The notes beneath the pieces were generated by a model. The model was not told the DNA's origin, ran no database searches, and saw nothing but the letters and a program-made list of their open reading frames with translations. DNA of 62,706 nucleotides, filler included, from Stramenopiles sp. TOSAG23-3 (taxonomy: Eukaryota), in the NCBI GenBank assembly GCA_900128585.1. It is 6 parts of 6 records of this genome, joined end to end, with 100 filler letters (N's around TTAATTAATTAA, not from the genome) between each part and the next. Parts side by side here need not be neighbours in the genome. Positions count along the whole stretch, not along the records: positions 1 to 14,662 come from LT642551.1; 5 more parts are not named here. One strand, written 5' to 3'. Made by a program: the position numbers and the translations under genes. Positions 1 to 11,086 of the stretch are shown here, one piece after another (the first letter of the stretch is position 1; every line of letters starts with the position of its first letter).

Positions 1-2
1 TG

Positions 3-2135
3 ACGAAAGAACACGGGGATGGGCCGTGGCACTGCAGCGGTGGAGGGGCTCGATGGTTTTGGGAGCATCGCTTCAAGGTGACTACGGTGTCAAATTCGAT
101 TGCGGTTGCCAACTTAGACCCAGAGGGACCGCAGCGGGGCCCTGGCTACTGCCTCGGCCCCTACGTTGGGGCGTACGAGCCCCTCGTGCCTAAATCGTTG
201 CAAGCGATATTGCAGCACGCGTCCTCGTGCGCCGGCGCTGTTCGAAATTTTGCAAACTCTGCGCTGATGGACATCGAGTACAAAGTGGAATCCTTGAGCA
301 AGAAGATCAACGAAGTGGTGCCTTTGAAGGAAAAACTGTCGTACCTCCTGAACTTGGAGAAAACAAGGACGCTGAAGCGGCAAATATTTCGTTTGAACGA
401 TGAAGTGCCCGCGTCGGACGACTACCGGGTCGTGGAGGCGGCGATAGTCACACATCTCATGCGGTCCCAGATTGTCCTGTTGCGGGAAAAGTACAACGAC
501 GTTATTGCCATCACTGTCGGTGGCGATGAGAGCGACGGAACCGAGGTCGCTGCTGGGGTCCAGAATAAATTTTACGCTCTGCAGATCGTTGCAGAGCAGC
601 TGAAGAACCAGTTGCAAAAGTTTGAAAACCAGTTGCTTGTCCAGGAGATTGAATGCGACCGTAAAGTGGAGGAGACGAACAACAGCATCAACTCGATAGT
701 CGCGGAACGGTGCTACGCCCTGATATTTTCGGTCGATTCCTGCAACAGAACGATTCGGCAGCTGCGGCGAGACCTGACGAATCAAAAAGAGAAAATTACG
801 GAGAAAGTGCAATCGCAGTTCATAGATGAGATTAGCCTATTAAAAATGGAAAACATCAAGCTTCAGAACGCTTTCAAAGAGTACCAAGAGACCATGAAGA
901 ACGACATGCTCGGAGAGCTGTCGATCGCGAAGCAGCGCACGTTGACCAAAATTATTGAGAGTGACATAACCACCGCAAAACTGAAGCATCGCACCGTGCG
1001 CATCGCGAAGGCCGAGGACGAGGTCATCGCGTTGAAACGAGAGCTCACGTCAAAGAACAAGGAAATATTCCGCCTCAAAGCGCTGGCGGAGACAGAAATC
1101 ATCGACAAAACGCTCCGTTTTGAGAAACAGCTCGAGAAGTACAGGGAAAAGGCAGAAGGATCGGAGACACTGTGGTCTAGGCTGAACGACATTGAATCGA
1201 GGGAAGAGGCTCTGAAGAAAGAGTTGGTGTCTGCGCAGACCACGTCGAACGAGCTGTACCAGCAGCTGAAGGTGGCGCTGAGCGATTTCCGCTCGGCGAA
1301 CCAGGCCAAGCACGAGTTGCAGCGCTGGAAGATTAGCAACATGCATGCTATGAAAGACCTGCAGAGCCAAATTTCAGACCTGAAGGAAGTGAAGGGGGGG
1401 CGAACAAATAGCCCAAAACCAAGCCCATCCCATCCCGCCAATGTTGAAGTTCCAAACTCTCATCCACTTCGCAAGGAACTTCACACCGCAAACCAAGCGG
1501 TGATTTCGTTGAAACGAGAGCTGGACCGGGAAAAGAAGGCAAAGCGAAATGCGTTCAAACAGGTCGCGCGGATGAAAGAGATAGGCCAGAGTCGTCCTGA
1601 GCACGGCAAACATGGCAGTGTTCTCGCAGACGACTACAACGACTTGCGGGAAGATTTTGGGGCCTTGGCCGCCCAAAACGAAAAGTTGCGAACTATTCTC
1701 CGCAATTACGAAATTGCCGTACCGGCGACGTTTGCTATGGGGGGGCCGAAGCAGCTATCCGAGAGAGACTGGAAGTACAACTCCTCACGGCGCCCCGCGT
1801 CGGATGTCAGTCTGTTCAGAAGCATGGAGCGCCCGAAGACGGCCCCTATGAAGCGAGGCGCCAGCGGCCTCGGCGCCACCACGCCCGGGAACAGACGCCC
1901 CAGCTCGGCACCAAGAAAACGCAGGTCGAAGACCCCGTCCCGAAAGCTTGGGTCGCAGTTTCCTACAAAAGGCCTGGTCATTGAAAACCGCAAAGGCCCC
2001 AACCGGGTGGAAATCGTCTCTCCCTTGTCGAAGCGGAAAACGAGGACGTTGAAAAAGATGCTCAAACTCTCGGGCACGTCCTACAAAACAAATACCAGGA
2101 TGAAGCGGAAAAAAGCTCAGCGACAAGGCCATTAG
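3..2135 (+). CDS. Long coiled-coil protein with basic, low-complexity C-terminal tail; 5'-truncated at window edge
   Basis: Frame is open from position 3 (TKEHGDGPWH...) to TAG at 2133-2135. Heptad-rich E/K/L/Q helical sequence, GC-rich and coding-like; no family motif recognised. Confidence 0.8.
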   Translation, partial: TKEHGDGPWHCSGGGARWFWEHRFKVTTVSNSIAVANLDPEGPQRGPGYCLGPYVGAYEPLVPKSLQAILQHASSCAGAVRNFANSALMDIEYKVESLSKKINEVVPLKEKLSYLLNLEKTRTLKRQIFRLNDEVPASDDYRVVEAAIVTHLMRSQIVLLREKYNDVIAITVGGDESDGTEVAAGVQNKFYALQIVAEQLKNQLQKFENQLLVQEIECDRKVEETNNSINSIVAERCYALIFSVDSCNRTIRQLRRDLTNQKEKITEKVQSQFIDEISLLKMENIKLQNAFKEYQETMKNDMLGELSIAKQRTLTKIIESDITTAKLKHRTVRIAKAEDEVIALKRELTSKNKEIFRLKALAETEIIDKTLRFEKQLEKYREKAEGSETLWSRLNDIESREEALKKELVSAQTTSNELYQQLKVALSDFRSANQAKHELQRWKISNMHAMKDLQSQISDLKEVKGGRTNSPKPSPSHPANVEVPNSHPLRKELHTANQAVISLKRELDREKKAKRNAFKQVARMKEIGQSRPEHGKHGSVLADDYNDLREDFGALAAQNEKLRTILRNYEIAVPATFAMGGPKQLSERDWKYNSSRRPASDVSLFRSMERPKTAPMKRGASGLGATTPGNRRPSSAPRKRRSKTPSRKLGSQFPTKGLVIENRKGPNRVEIVSPLSKRKTRTLKKMLKLSGTSYKTNTRMKRKKAQRQGH

Positions 2136-2817
2136 GAGGAAGTGTGTTGAGAACCATTTTTTAAGTTAGAAATAGTTAAACCCAAATACTATGCTTGTGA
2201 ACATAATAAAGGGAGTTCGAATTTGTTTTTAATTTATTTAACTATCATATAAAAAAACAATTATACTCTCATTTTAAATCAATTACTATTTCAGTTCCAA
2301 CCCTAATCCGGTATTGATGGTTTAACTTGATTTTTTAATTTTTTAATTTCATTTCGTCGTTGATTGTCAATCACTATACTGAGGAATTATTTTTATTCCA
2401 ATGAGAAGAATTACTACCAGGTGATAATATTTCTTTTCTTGTGAAAAGCGATCTGAACTCAACAAAACGATCCAATTCCCAGTCGAAGTCTCATATAAAG
2501 TCACCCACCTTTGGAGACTCTTGTGAGTAGATCACTTCTTCACCGAACTCATCGGAGTCACTTGGAGAACCAATCGTCCCTGTATTACCAGAACTCGAAC
2601 AGCGGCTAGAATTGTTTGTTGATTTATTTTTAAAACAAGAGAAAATTGGCTGTTGATTTATTTAACTTTAATAAATACGAAGTACTTCTTATATATTATT
2701 TTCTTATGTACATTCCTGGTGCGGGAGAAGCAACCCCTCGCACGAAGGTGAAATGGACCCAGGCTTCGCGTCCTCCAAAAAAACAAAACACCTCTGGCCC
2801 ATCACGCTCTTTTCATT

Positions 2818-5277
2818 CTAATTTACTGGAGCAAAAATATCGCTAGATTTTGCATCTCGTACCCGCCCGATCAGAACTTTCTCAAACGGTTCACTGTTGT
2901 CCATCTCGAACATTGGCGCGGACGGGGCCGGCAAGGGAACTACATTTTGGGGAAGGGGGCCGAGCTGCGTTTGTTTGATCGGTTTGCTATTAATTGGACA
3001 CTTCCACCACCAAGGGATAGCATAAGACCCCGAGGATTTCTTCGTGAGCCCGGAATTTTTCATGAGGCGAATGTTGAACTTTGGGAGGGCCCACAATGGC
3101 AGGCCTTGGTTGTGGGACACCCTAGGAACGTGCGTGTTCATCTCCGCATTTGCGAGTAGCTCCTCTGAAATGTCGCTTGATTTCTTTCGGCTTGCACGCT
3201 TTGGTGTCGGCTGGACGGGCGTAATTTTCCCTTTCTGGAACGTTAAAGGGACCCGTTTCGCCCCTCCGTCGAATACCACCGCACTCAGTGAGAGGTCACT
3301 CGGGCTGCTCTGTCGCACGTTCAGGTACGACCAGTTCAGTATCGCGTCTGGGGACAAGTAAATTACCATAAGGTTCTTCTTGCGATTTTGCGTTAATATA
3401 GTGGACCCAGAGTTTCTCACCATTTCCACCTCGCACCCTTGTCCTGGCGCGCCCCTCGACCCATCGTAGGACGTCGCACTGGACGGGGCTTGATAGTCTT
3501 GGAGATATTTTTCGCTTTCAGCTTTGTGGTACACCCGCGCCACGGAATTTTGAGTGATTGTGTTCGAGCGGTACTGCTCGGTGTTCTGGTTCGAATTTCG
3601 CTGCCGTAGATCTTGCAAATACGCTGGCATTGCCGATGCTGGCGACTCGTTGGACAGCGCCTCCTTGTTGGGCTTAATGCCAAGCAGGTAGTTTCCAATT
3701 GCAATGGGAGACGTTGAAAACAGTCCGCCCGCTGGCGCTTCTTCCACCGCCGTGCTCCTCGGGATAGCACCGTTCGCACCGAAGCCACCGTTCGCGCAAT
3801 GTGTCGCCACCGTCGGTTGGATTGTCTCTATCACGTTTTCGCTAGCGTCGGTCCCGTCGCCGTTGTCCGTTGTCACGGGCGTCACCTTTGGACGATTCAG
3901 GGCAAACAAATGGTCCGTTCCCCGCGTCGTGGACACTCTCATCCATTTACAATCGGGCGAGAACTGCAATCCTGTGACGACGGCCCTCGTTAGCCCGCGC
4001 TGGTATTTGTACAGAAGTTGGCGCGCCAAGGTGCCGTCGATTGCGGGAAAAATGCTATACACGGACGCCGTCCTTCCGTCTTCGGGTGCCGTCGCGAGCA
4101 TGTCCCCCGATGGGGACCACGCCAACGCCGCCACCCCCTGGCCTTGCACGTAAGCGGGGAAGTGCGCCAACGGGCGACAACGTCGGTTAAGAGAACTTTC
4201 GCTCTGGTTCGCAGGCAAAGGCTTGGGCTTCAAGTCCAAAATCAAAACCTCATGCCCGTGGGGACCATGCGACGTTTCCAGGGCATCCTTCTGCAGTGTT
4301 TTGTTGACACTATTTTCCCCGTCTATGCGCAGCGCCTCCGTGGTTCCCTGCTTGCCCTCGCCCATGTACTTCCCTACGGTCTCCTGCGTAAGCGTCAGGG
4401 CGGCCGAGCCCACCTTTCCTAGAAAATCTACCCCTACCTCCAAACCCCTTGCCCCGCTAACGAGAGACCAGTCGTTTCCCATGACGGTGAAATCTTGCTG
4501 CGGACGCTTCGGTGTGGCCGCGCGTGCACCAACCTTGCGATCAAAGCTCTTCGTGGACACCCCGGATACGGCAAGCCACCGCGAGCCCAGTGCGATCGGA
4601 ACGATGGACGGGGCGTCCCGGGCATCGCAAATTATCACGCAGGTGTTTTCAAACGTCAGCGCGTCAAATATATATACAGCTTTTATCGTCACCACAGCAA
4701 CATGGGCGCTGTTGCTTGTGACCGCTACGACCTCCTCGGGCAGCTTCAGCACGTGCACGTACTGCAGGGTGTCGAGGGAGAGCAAGTGGACGGTATTGGA
4801 AATGCCCAGGGCCTGGCCACGGTCTTCCCCGTCCGCCGTCCCGCTGTCCTCCGCCGCGAGCACCTTCGACTGGGCCACGACTGCCATCAACGGGCGCTTG
4901 AACGCGTGGGCGCTGGGGGGGGCGCTGTTGTCTCTATCGGTCTGAGGGAATGAACTTCGCGACGGGTTTGCCAATGGCGCGAGGCACCTCACCCCCTTCA
5001 TGTTCTCGTCGCACTGCACCAGCCTCGGCTTGTCTGTCATATCTACGTTCAGGGACCAGACGTGGAAGCCGCTCTTCTGCCCGACACATACAAAGATATG
5101 CGTCGACGCTTGGGGGTCCTCTCCATTCGCTTGTACAAGGGACACGCAGGTAACGCTGGACAATCGGGCATCGTCCTCAGCGGTAGGGTTGCCGAAATAA
5201 TATTTGTCCGCCAAAGCCGTCGGGAGGTAGCTGGTGGCCCACGTGCCCCAGTTTGAAGGTTTGGCTGCACCGGCCAT
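2818..5277 (-). CDS. BCAS3: BCAS3 / ATG18f-h-like WD40 beta-propeller (autophagy-associated PROPPIN-like)
   Basis: Motifs PIALGSRWLA, LAWSPSGDMLATA and LYKYQRGLTRAVVTGLQFSPDCKWMRVSTTRGTDHLF, plus C-terminal LANAEMNTH...PLWA typical of the BCAS3 domain. First ATG (MAGAAK) at 5277. Confidence 0.8.
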   Translation of the reverse strand: MAGAAKPSNWGTWATSYLPTALADKYYFGNPTAEDDARLSSVTCVSLVQANGEDPQASTHIFVCVGQKSGFHVWSLNVDMTDKPRLVQCDENMKGVRCLAPLANPSRSSFPQTDRDNSAPPSAHAFKRPLMAVVAQSKVLAAEDSGTADGEDRGQALGISNTVHLLSLDTLQYVHVLKLPEEVVAVTSNSAHVAVVTIKAVYIFDALTFENTCVIICDARDAPSIVPIALGSRWLAVSGVSTKSFDRKVGARAATPKRPQQDFTVMGNDWSLVSGARGLEVGVDFLGKVGSAALTLTQETVGKYMGEGKQGTTEALRIDGENSVNKTLQKDALETSHGPHGHEVLILDLKPKPLPANQSESSLNRRCRPLAHFPAYVQGQGVAALAWSPSGDMLATAPEDGRTASVYSIFPAIDGTLARQLLYKYQRGLTRAVVTGLQFSPDCKWMRVSTTRGTDHLFALNRPKVTPVTTDNGDGTDASENVIETIQPTVATHCANGGFGANGAIPRSTAVEEAPAGGLFSTSPIAIGNYLLGIKPNKEALSNESPASAMPAYLQDLRQRNSNQNTEQYRSNTITQNSVARVYHKAESEKYLQDYQAPSSATSYDGSRGAPGQGCEVEMVRNSGSTILTQNRKKNLMVIYLSPDAILNWSYLNVRQSSPSDLSLSAVVFDGGAKRVPLTFQKGKITPVQPTPKRASRKKSSDISEELLANAEMNTHVPRVSHNQGLPLWALPKFNIRLMKNSGLTKKSSGSYAIPWWWKCPINSKPIKQTQLGPLPQNVVPLPAPSAPMFEMDNSEPFEKVLIGRVRDAKSSDIFAPVN

Positions 5278-6149
5278 TTTGAAACCCGTATGTATGGAGT
5301 GAGTCAGTTCCCGTAAATGAATAAAAATGTGCGACAATGAAAATCTAAGGAATATTCCAGTGCGACCTGCAAGTGGGAGGGTGAGAAGGGGAGTAGTCTA
5401 TGACTTCACTGTTTCTCTCCTTTTTGCAATTTTTAATTGGATATATTGGATGGAACTACGGTTGTATTAATATTATTTATAAGCTGTACGTTGAATATAA
5501 AAAATGTTGTACGTTATATATATTATAGTGCGTGCCCACCAACAAGTTGAAGAAGAATGAAGAAGAAGGAAATAAAAAATAATAATAAATAAAAAAATGC
5601 CCATTCATTCATCATCATATATAATAATAAATCAATCAATCATCACATTTTTTATTTTATATTGGAATAGTATTAATATTATATTAAAATAGTAAATATA
5701 GTAAAAGCACTGCAGCAAATAATTTCATCTCTTTTTCTTTTTTTTTGAAGAACTTTCTTTTGAATTAAAAAGAATAATATTTATTGTGTAAACCTCGTAC
5801 TTATAAGGATTATAATTATATACTAATAAATAATTAATTGCTATATATATTTTTAATACCGGTACATTGACCATTTTTGTTTTTTTCTTTGGATGATGAT
5901 GATTGTATTACAGTGTATTATGTAAATTTAAAAAGGTTTTCTTCTTTCTTCTTCCTTGAGATGTTGAGATGTATAAATAAATATCTATTCAACGCGATCA
6001 CCACTTCGTACTACTACAGTGCCATTATTACCTATTATTATTATACTCGAAACGAATTATAACTACTCAAATCCCTTCCGGTATAATAATTTAAATACCC
6101 CGATAATATAAATACCCGTTCTGCCTCTTGCTCTCGTGTTGTTGCTGCT

Positions 6150-6161
6150 CCCTTCTTCTTT

Positions 6162-6234
<73 letters not shown>

Positions 6235-6345
6235 TTTCTTTCTTTCTTTCGACTCTTTCTTTCTTTCTGTCTCTTTCTTTCTTTCTTTCGACTCTTTCTT
6301 TCTTTCTTTCTTCAGTCTTTCTTTCTTTCTTCTTTCTTTCTTCAT
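6150..6345. repeat. (TTTC)n microsatellite
   Basis: Direct reading; it generates the spurious KKER/FFLS ORFs. Confidence 0.95.
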
Positions 6346-6590
6346 CCATCATTCTTTCTATCAATCATCATCATCATATTTTTATCGTCGTCTCTCTCTT
6401 GAGATGGTGTTCTACCACCTGTCACAAAATAGCAGAAGATTCAGTTTTCTTACAAATTCATTGGCATGAACGAAGGACCAAGACTGCGGACATAATATTA
6501 ATAATTAATCGAGTGGAAAGAATTCCTCTGCCTTTCAGTGTACATACGTATGGAAAGAGCCGTGTTGTGCGTTGCCTAAGAAGAACCACG

Positions 6591-7439
6591 ATGTGTTCTT
6601 GCCTACGAAGCAGGGGGAGAAGCTTGAACCAGAGAGGCGGCGGCCGTTCTCTGCCCCAGAAACGTCGAGGGAACTGCTGCTGCTACTGCTTGCAGTCCAT
6701 TCTTGACCAGATACTGTCCATTGTTAATTTCGGCTTGTTGCTTATCGGCCTGGGTCTCCTGGTGTACAGCCTTTACCTTCTTCGGTTGAAGTCGTACCAC
6801 CTAGACGTCTTGGCCTGCGTCCTTTTGTATACTGGTGGGATGAACTGTCTGTTCGGCGTGGGGTATATTTTGGGTGGGAACAATTCCAGGTGTTTTTTGA
6901 TGACGTACGCGTTCCACATTTTTATGATCGTATGCGCTCAAGGGTCCGTATATTTTTTGTACTTGACGCCGGAGTGGCACCGATGGGTGAGCCAGCACGT
7001 GTTCGTTGCGCCCCGATGGTTGGGTAGAGCAATCAAGGGGCATATGTATGCGGCGAAAACGGTGCTTTTGTGCACCCTCGTTCTTGAAGTTTGCCTCTTG
7101 GTGTTCTCGTGCTGCCTGTTTACGTACTGCGACAGCAAGTTCCTTCCTGGCGGCGTCGACGACGACGACGACGAGCTGCTTTACGACGACGACGATTTGG
7201 GGGACTCCATTGAAGAGGCAGAAAGGCTCCTGGACGAGGAAGAGGAGGAATATAGAGACGATCATTGGGGGGATCGGCAGAAGAAGAAGTACTCGCACCG
7301 GCACAGCGATTTGTTTTCCAAATACGGCCTGACGAACGATCCGAACACAATAGGCCCAGGCCGAAGGGGGCGAGGGCGCAGAGGGTATCAACAGACCCAA
7401 GGGGATTACAACGACGAATTCGGAAGCTTAAACCGCTGA
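6591..7439 (+). CDS. Four-TM tetraspanin-like membrane protein (TOM2A/tetraspanin-19-like) with acidic C-tail
   Basis: ATG at 6591. Cys-rich N-terminus (GNCCCYCLQ), four hydrophobic segments, acidic tail ending ...FSKYGL, resembling the TOM2A-type KYGL motif. Confidence 0.6.
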   Translation: MCSCLRSRGRSLNQRGGGRSLPQKRRGNCCCYCLQSILDQILSIVNFGLLLIGLGLLVYSLYLLRLKSYHLDVLACVLLYTGGMNCLFGVGYILGGNNSRCFLMTYAFHIFMIVCAQGSVYFLYLTPEWHRWVSQHVFVAPRWLGRAIKGHMYAAKTVLLCTLVLEVCLLVFSCCLFTYCDSKFLPGGVDDDDDELLYDDDDLGDSIEEAERLLDEEEEEYRDDHWGDRQKKKYSHRHSDLFSKYGLTNDPNTIGPGRRGRGRRGYQQTQGDYNDEFGSLNR

Positions 7440-7737
7440 GAAGGTATTGAAAGTCCGCCACGGCCCCCTGCCACCCGGGGGCGCGCACGCTGCTGCCCCT
7501 GCGGCGAACCAACAATTTACTCATTGTATGATAACTTAAGATATGACATATTTTTACAAAATGCACTTCACTCTACCGAAACTTAGATCATACACAGAGC
7601 CAAATGCAAAGTCAAAAAGTGAGTAATGCTTATTTTAGTACGTTGTAAATACGTGGTATGGTTTACGTTTACTCGTGTCGTACGGTTGCACCGCGCTTCG
7701 GGCCAACCGCTCGAGGAAAGTGCCCATTCTCCTCTCC

Positions 7738-8052
7738 TTACTGCTTCATAAATGCAGCCGCTTCCACTAACTTCTGTACAGCCGCTTCTACGCCTTGCTC
7801 GTCCAGCCCTGACACGTCCGCTGTTTTTTCTTTTCCGTACGAGTAGGACGCGACAACAGTGGGGGATAGATCATCAAAGCCTTCCCTTACAGGCAAATTC
7901 AAACTTGGGTTGAGCATTTTCAGATCTTTGTGTTGGTGCGCAATAAAGTCCCTGATACCTTGACTACTCGCCACCGCGGCGCCCCCATTCGGGACCAAGA
8001 ACCGTATCTCACGAATATTGGCCGCACGTTTCGCAATCAGTCTCCAGCTCAT
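7738..8052 (-). CDS. NDUFA2: NADH dehydrogenase 1 alpha subcomplex subunit 2 (CI-B8; L51/S25/CI-B8 fold)
   Basis: 104 aa: MSWR...IREIRF...SSQGIRDFI...LKMLNPSLNLPVREG...P.VVASYSYGKEK. Confidence 0.85.
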   Translation of the reverse strand: MSWRLIAKRAANIREIRFLVPNGGAAVASSQGIRDFIAHQHKDLKMLNPSLNLPVREGFDDLSPTVVASYSYGKEKTADVSGLDEQGVEAAVQKLVEAAAFMKQ

Positions 8053-8647
8053 CGTTTTCCTTCTTTTATAAAACTAAAATTGTCCGGTAAATAATATTAC
8101 TGGTAGTCTTTACAATGTAGATTTATAGAATTCTCTCTCGGATGTCTGTTCAAATTGTTTGTTTGAACCGTTCTTCTACACTTTTTCTCATTTGTTGTTT
8201 CTTCTTGGTTATTTCTTTCTTTCTCTCCTTGCAGCATTTATTTATATTATTATATAATAATAATACAGTAAATAAAATATTATTTTTTATTATTATTATT
8301 ATTTTTTATTATTAAAAAAAAAATAAAATAATAATAATAATAAATAATAAATAAGAATAAGAATCATCATCACTCACCGATCACCGACCGACCACCACAT
8401 CTCATCATCATCACATCATCAATCATATCTCATCTTCTTTTCTTCTCATTTTTTATTATTATTATAATAATTGTATACTGTCTGGTGTATTATTTATTTA
8501 TTTTAAAGTCCGTCCTCCTCCTCCTCCTCCCTGCCTCTCTAGTAGTCTTCTATTATAAAAAAGTATAGTATTATTATGTGTATTATTATTATGTACCAAG
8601 TACATTATTATTAATTTATTCCTTACTTGTTTTATTCATCAGCCATA

Positions 8648-8760
8648 GAAGAAGAAGAAAGAAGAAGAAGAAGAAGAAGAAGAAGAAGAAGAAGAAGAAG
8701 AAGAAGAAGAAAGAAGAAAGAAGAAAGAAGAGAAAGAAGAAAGAAGAAGAAGAAGAAAAG
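8648..8760. repeat. (GAA)n microsatellite
   Basis: Direct reading. Confidence 0.95.
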
Positions 8761-9236
8761 CAAAATCCGCATGCATAATCTAGGTATTATATCGGTTATC
8801 TACATTCAAATACCAAGCACTAATAACCCGAACCACTCGTCTATAGTGTACTCACTCTTCTTCGCATTGATTATTAAGGTAAAGTGCTGTTCTAGAATAT
8901 TGATTAAATAATTTCTATACATTACTATAAAGTTTTGATAATAATGTATTTATTCTAGACTATATGATTTATATCCTTAATAATGGTCTCAACTCGACCC
9001 TCTGCGCCGCGCTCTTTTTTCTTCTCCTCCTCCTCTCCTCCCCTCGCGCTGCCGCCAACCGCCTCCCCGCCGCTCGACGAATTACACGACCAAAGAAGAA
9101 TATCTTTAATACCAAAATTCATGCGATATTCATAGACTGAACAACAAAACGTAACATTAATTCTTCCAACATATAGCATTAAATATCTGAACGCATTAAT
9201 CGATTTTTATACTGTGTGATAATCTTGGAGACCATT

Positions 9237-10580
9237 ATGGCAAAATTAGGAAAACGACGAGGGAAAACCCCAACAACGCAGAGGCGGAGGGGGAAGGCGA
9301 CGCCGGTGCCAGCCCCTGTGGACACAACGCCCGCCGCCGGGCCTGTAACCTCTGGGCTGTTCTACACGGTCGTCAATCGATGCTTGTGGGCCGTGCTGTT
9401 CACCGCGGCCCTGAAACATTTCGGTGTCTTCGAACGGTTTGGGATCCAACTCCCCTATGGGCTTGACAACGACGATCTGTACACGGTTTCTTTCTCGCTG
9501 CAAACGACGACAGTCGCGCTTGTTTCACTCGTAGTCCTCAGCCTCGCCAGCCTAGCCATGGCGACCGAGCACAAACTAACCGGGGGTGAATATTTGGACA
9601 GGGCCCCAGTTGGCCTCAAGGAATTCCAATCGTTTGGCTTAGGTGCTTTGTCCGACAGTGCGTCCGGTGCAGACTTGTACTTGGACGTATTGAAACGGTC
9701 GCTTTGCAACATGATTTATTATGAGTCGAGCCACCCTATTCATATTTATGGGCCAGACAAAAAGATTAAGCTTGCGAACGGCTTTCACCTCTACTCTCGT
9801 GTTCATGGAGAAGACCTTCCTGCCAATGCAATGAGCATGATTGGCATGAAGAGAATGAACAATATCCAGGGGTGCATTGAAAACGTGCTCAAGAACAAAA
9901 TCCCAGGGGACTTGATAGAAACCGGCGCGTGCAAGGGGGGGGCAACCATCTTCATGCGTGGGTGCCTGAAAGCGATGGGAAACAAGACCCGCAAAGTGTT
10001 CGTTTGTGATACCTTTTCCATGCCCGAACCGTCTGGTTCCTGGATCGTCCACGTGATTATTGGGTGGATCACTAACCTGTTAGTATCGATTCCATCAAAA
10101 GCATTTCGAGGGAAACTCATCAACGCCCTTTGGAAAGCGCAAAAAGACTTCCCGCAGTCCGATGGAGAATTGGGAGAGGACGAGCAAGCCTTTGCAGCGT
10201 TTCTTCTTCGAAACCTGATACATTTGCGCCCTGTACCCAGCGTTCAAAAGGCATACGAACACGTGAAATCTAACTTTGCCCGATATGGTCTTCTGGACGA
10301 CAGGGTGGTTTTTTTGAAGGGCTGGTTTTCCGAGACCATCCCGAGCGCACCAATTAAGAACATCGCAGTGCTTCGAATGGACGGTGATACGTACGAGAGC
10401 ACCATTGATGCCCTCAACATGTGCTACCCGAAGCTTAGTTCGGGCGGGTACTGTATTGTGGACGATTACTGGTCTCTGGAAGACTGCAAAAGGGCCGTGG
10501 ACGAGTACCGTGCGACCCATGGCATAACCGAACCGATCGTACGCATTGATGGTTTGTCATGCTACTGGCAACGTGCGTGA
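9237..10580 (+). CDS. TylF/MycF/NovP-family (macrocin-type) SAM-dependent O-methyltransferase with N-terminal membrane segments
   Basis: LYLDVLKRSL, SMIGMKRMNNI, PGDLIETGACKGGATIFM, VFVCDTF, VKSNFARYGLLDDRVVFLKGWFSETIP, LRMDGDTYEST, GGYCIVDDY, CKRAVDEYR. First ATG at 9237. Confidence 0.9.
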   Translation: MAKLGKRRGKTPTTQRRRGKATPVPAPVDTTPAAGPVTSGLFYTVVNRCLWAVLFTAALKHFGVFERFGIQLPYGLDNDDLYTVSFSLQTTTVALVSLVVLSLASLAMATEHKLTGGEYLDRAPVGLKEFQSFGLGALSDSASGADLYLDVLKRSLCNMIYYESSHPIHIYGPDKKIKLANGFHLYSRVHGEDLPANAMSMIGMKRMNNIQGCIENVLKNKIPGDLIETGACKGGATIFMRGCLKAMGNKTRKVFVCDTFSMPEPSGSWIVHVIIGWITNLLVSIPSKAFRGKLINALWKAQKDFPQSDGELGEDEQAFAAFLLRNLIHLRPVPSVQKAYEHVKSNFARYGLLDDRVVFLKGWFSETIPSAPIKNIAVLRMDGDTYESTIDALNMCYPKLSSGGYCIVDDYWSLEDCKRAVDEYRATHGITEPIVRIDGLSCYWQRA

Positions 10581-11086
10581 GGGAGGGGCATCTAAAGTTT
10601 TTTTTCCGTTTCGCAGTTTATCATATCATACTGGTTTGTTATGAATAAGATCTTGTTTACCCTATCTTATCATTATGATAACTTTTACTACACTGAAAAA
10701 ACAAATTATATATAGTATGCTTTACTATGTATGATATTTATTATTGAATAATTAAAACATATGTAATATTTTATTTTTTTTTATTGAATATTAAATTTTA
10801 TTTCATTGAGCAGTACCACAGACAACGAGCCCCTTTAAAATATTTATGCCGCTGTGTACTTTTAAGACCAATCAATTGGAATCTTGACCAGAACTAACTT
10901 GGGGAGGATCTGCAATAGGGAGGAGATATTGTTCTTGAACTGACACCTTCTTTTTTCTTTAATTTTAATTACTATAAAAAAAACTGATTATATAGTATAA
11001 AATAACAGCCAATTTTTCTTGGTTTTAATTTTATATAGAAATTTAAAAGTTAATGCTTCGTATGCTATATATTGCGATCAAGTTTT

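Noticed and set aside
6041..6469. ORFs encoding KKER/FFLS repeats
   Set aside because: Translations of the (TTTC)n microsatellite.
8578..8911. Poly-K/poly-R ORFs
   Set aside because: Translations of the (GAA)n microsatellite.
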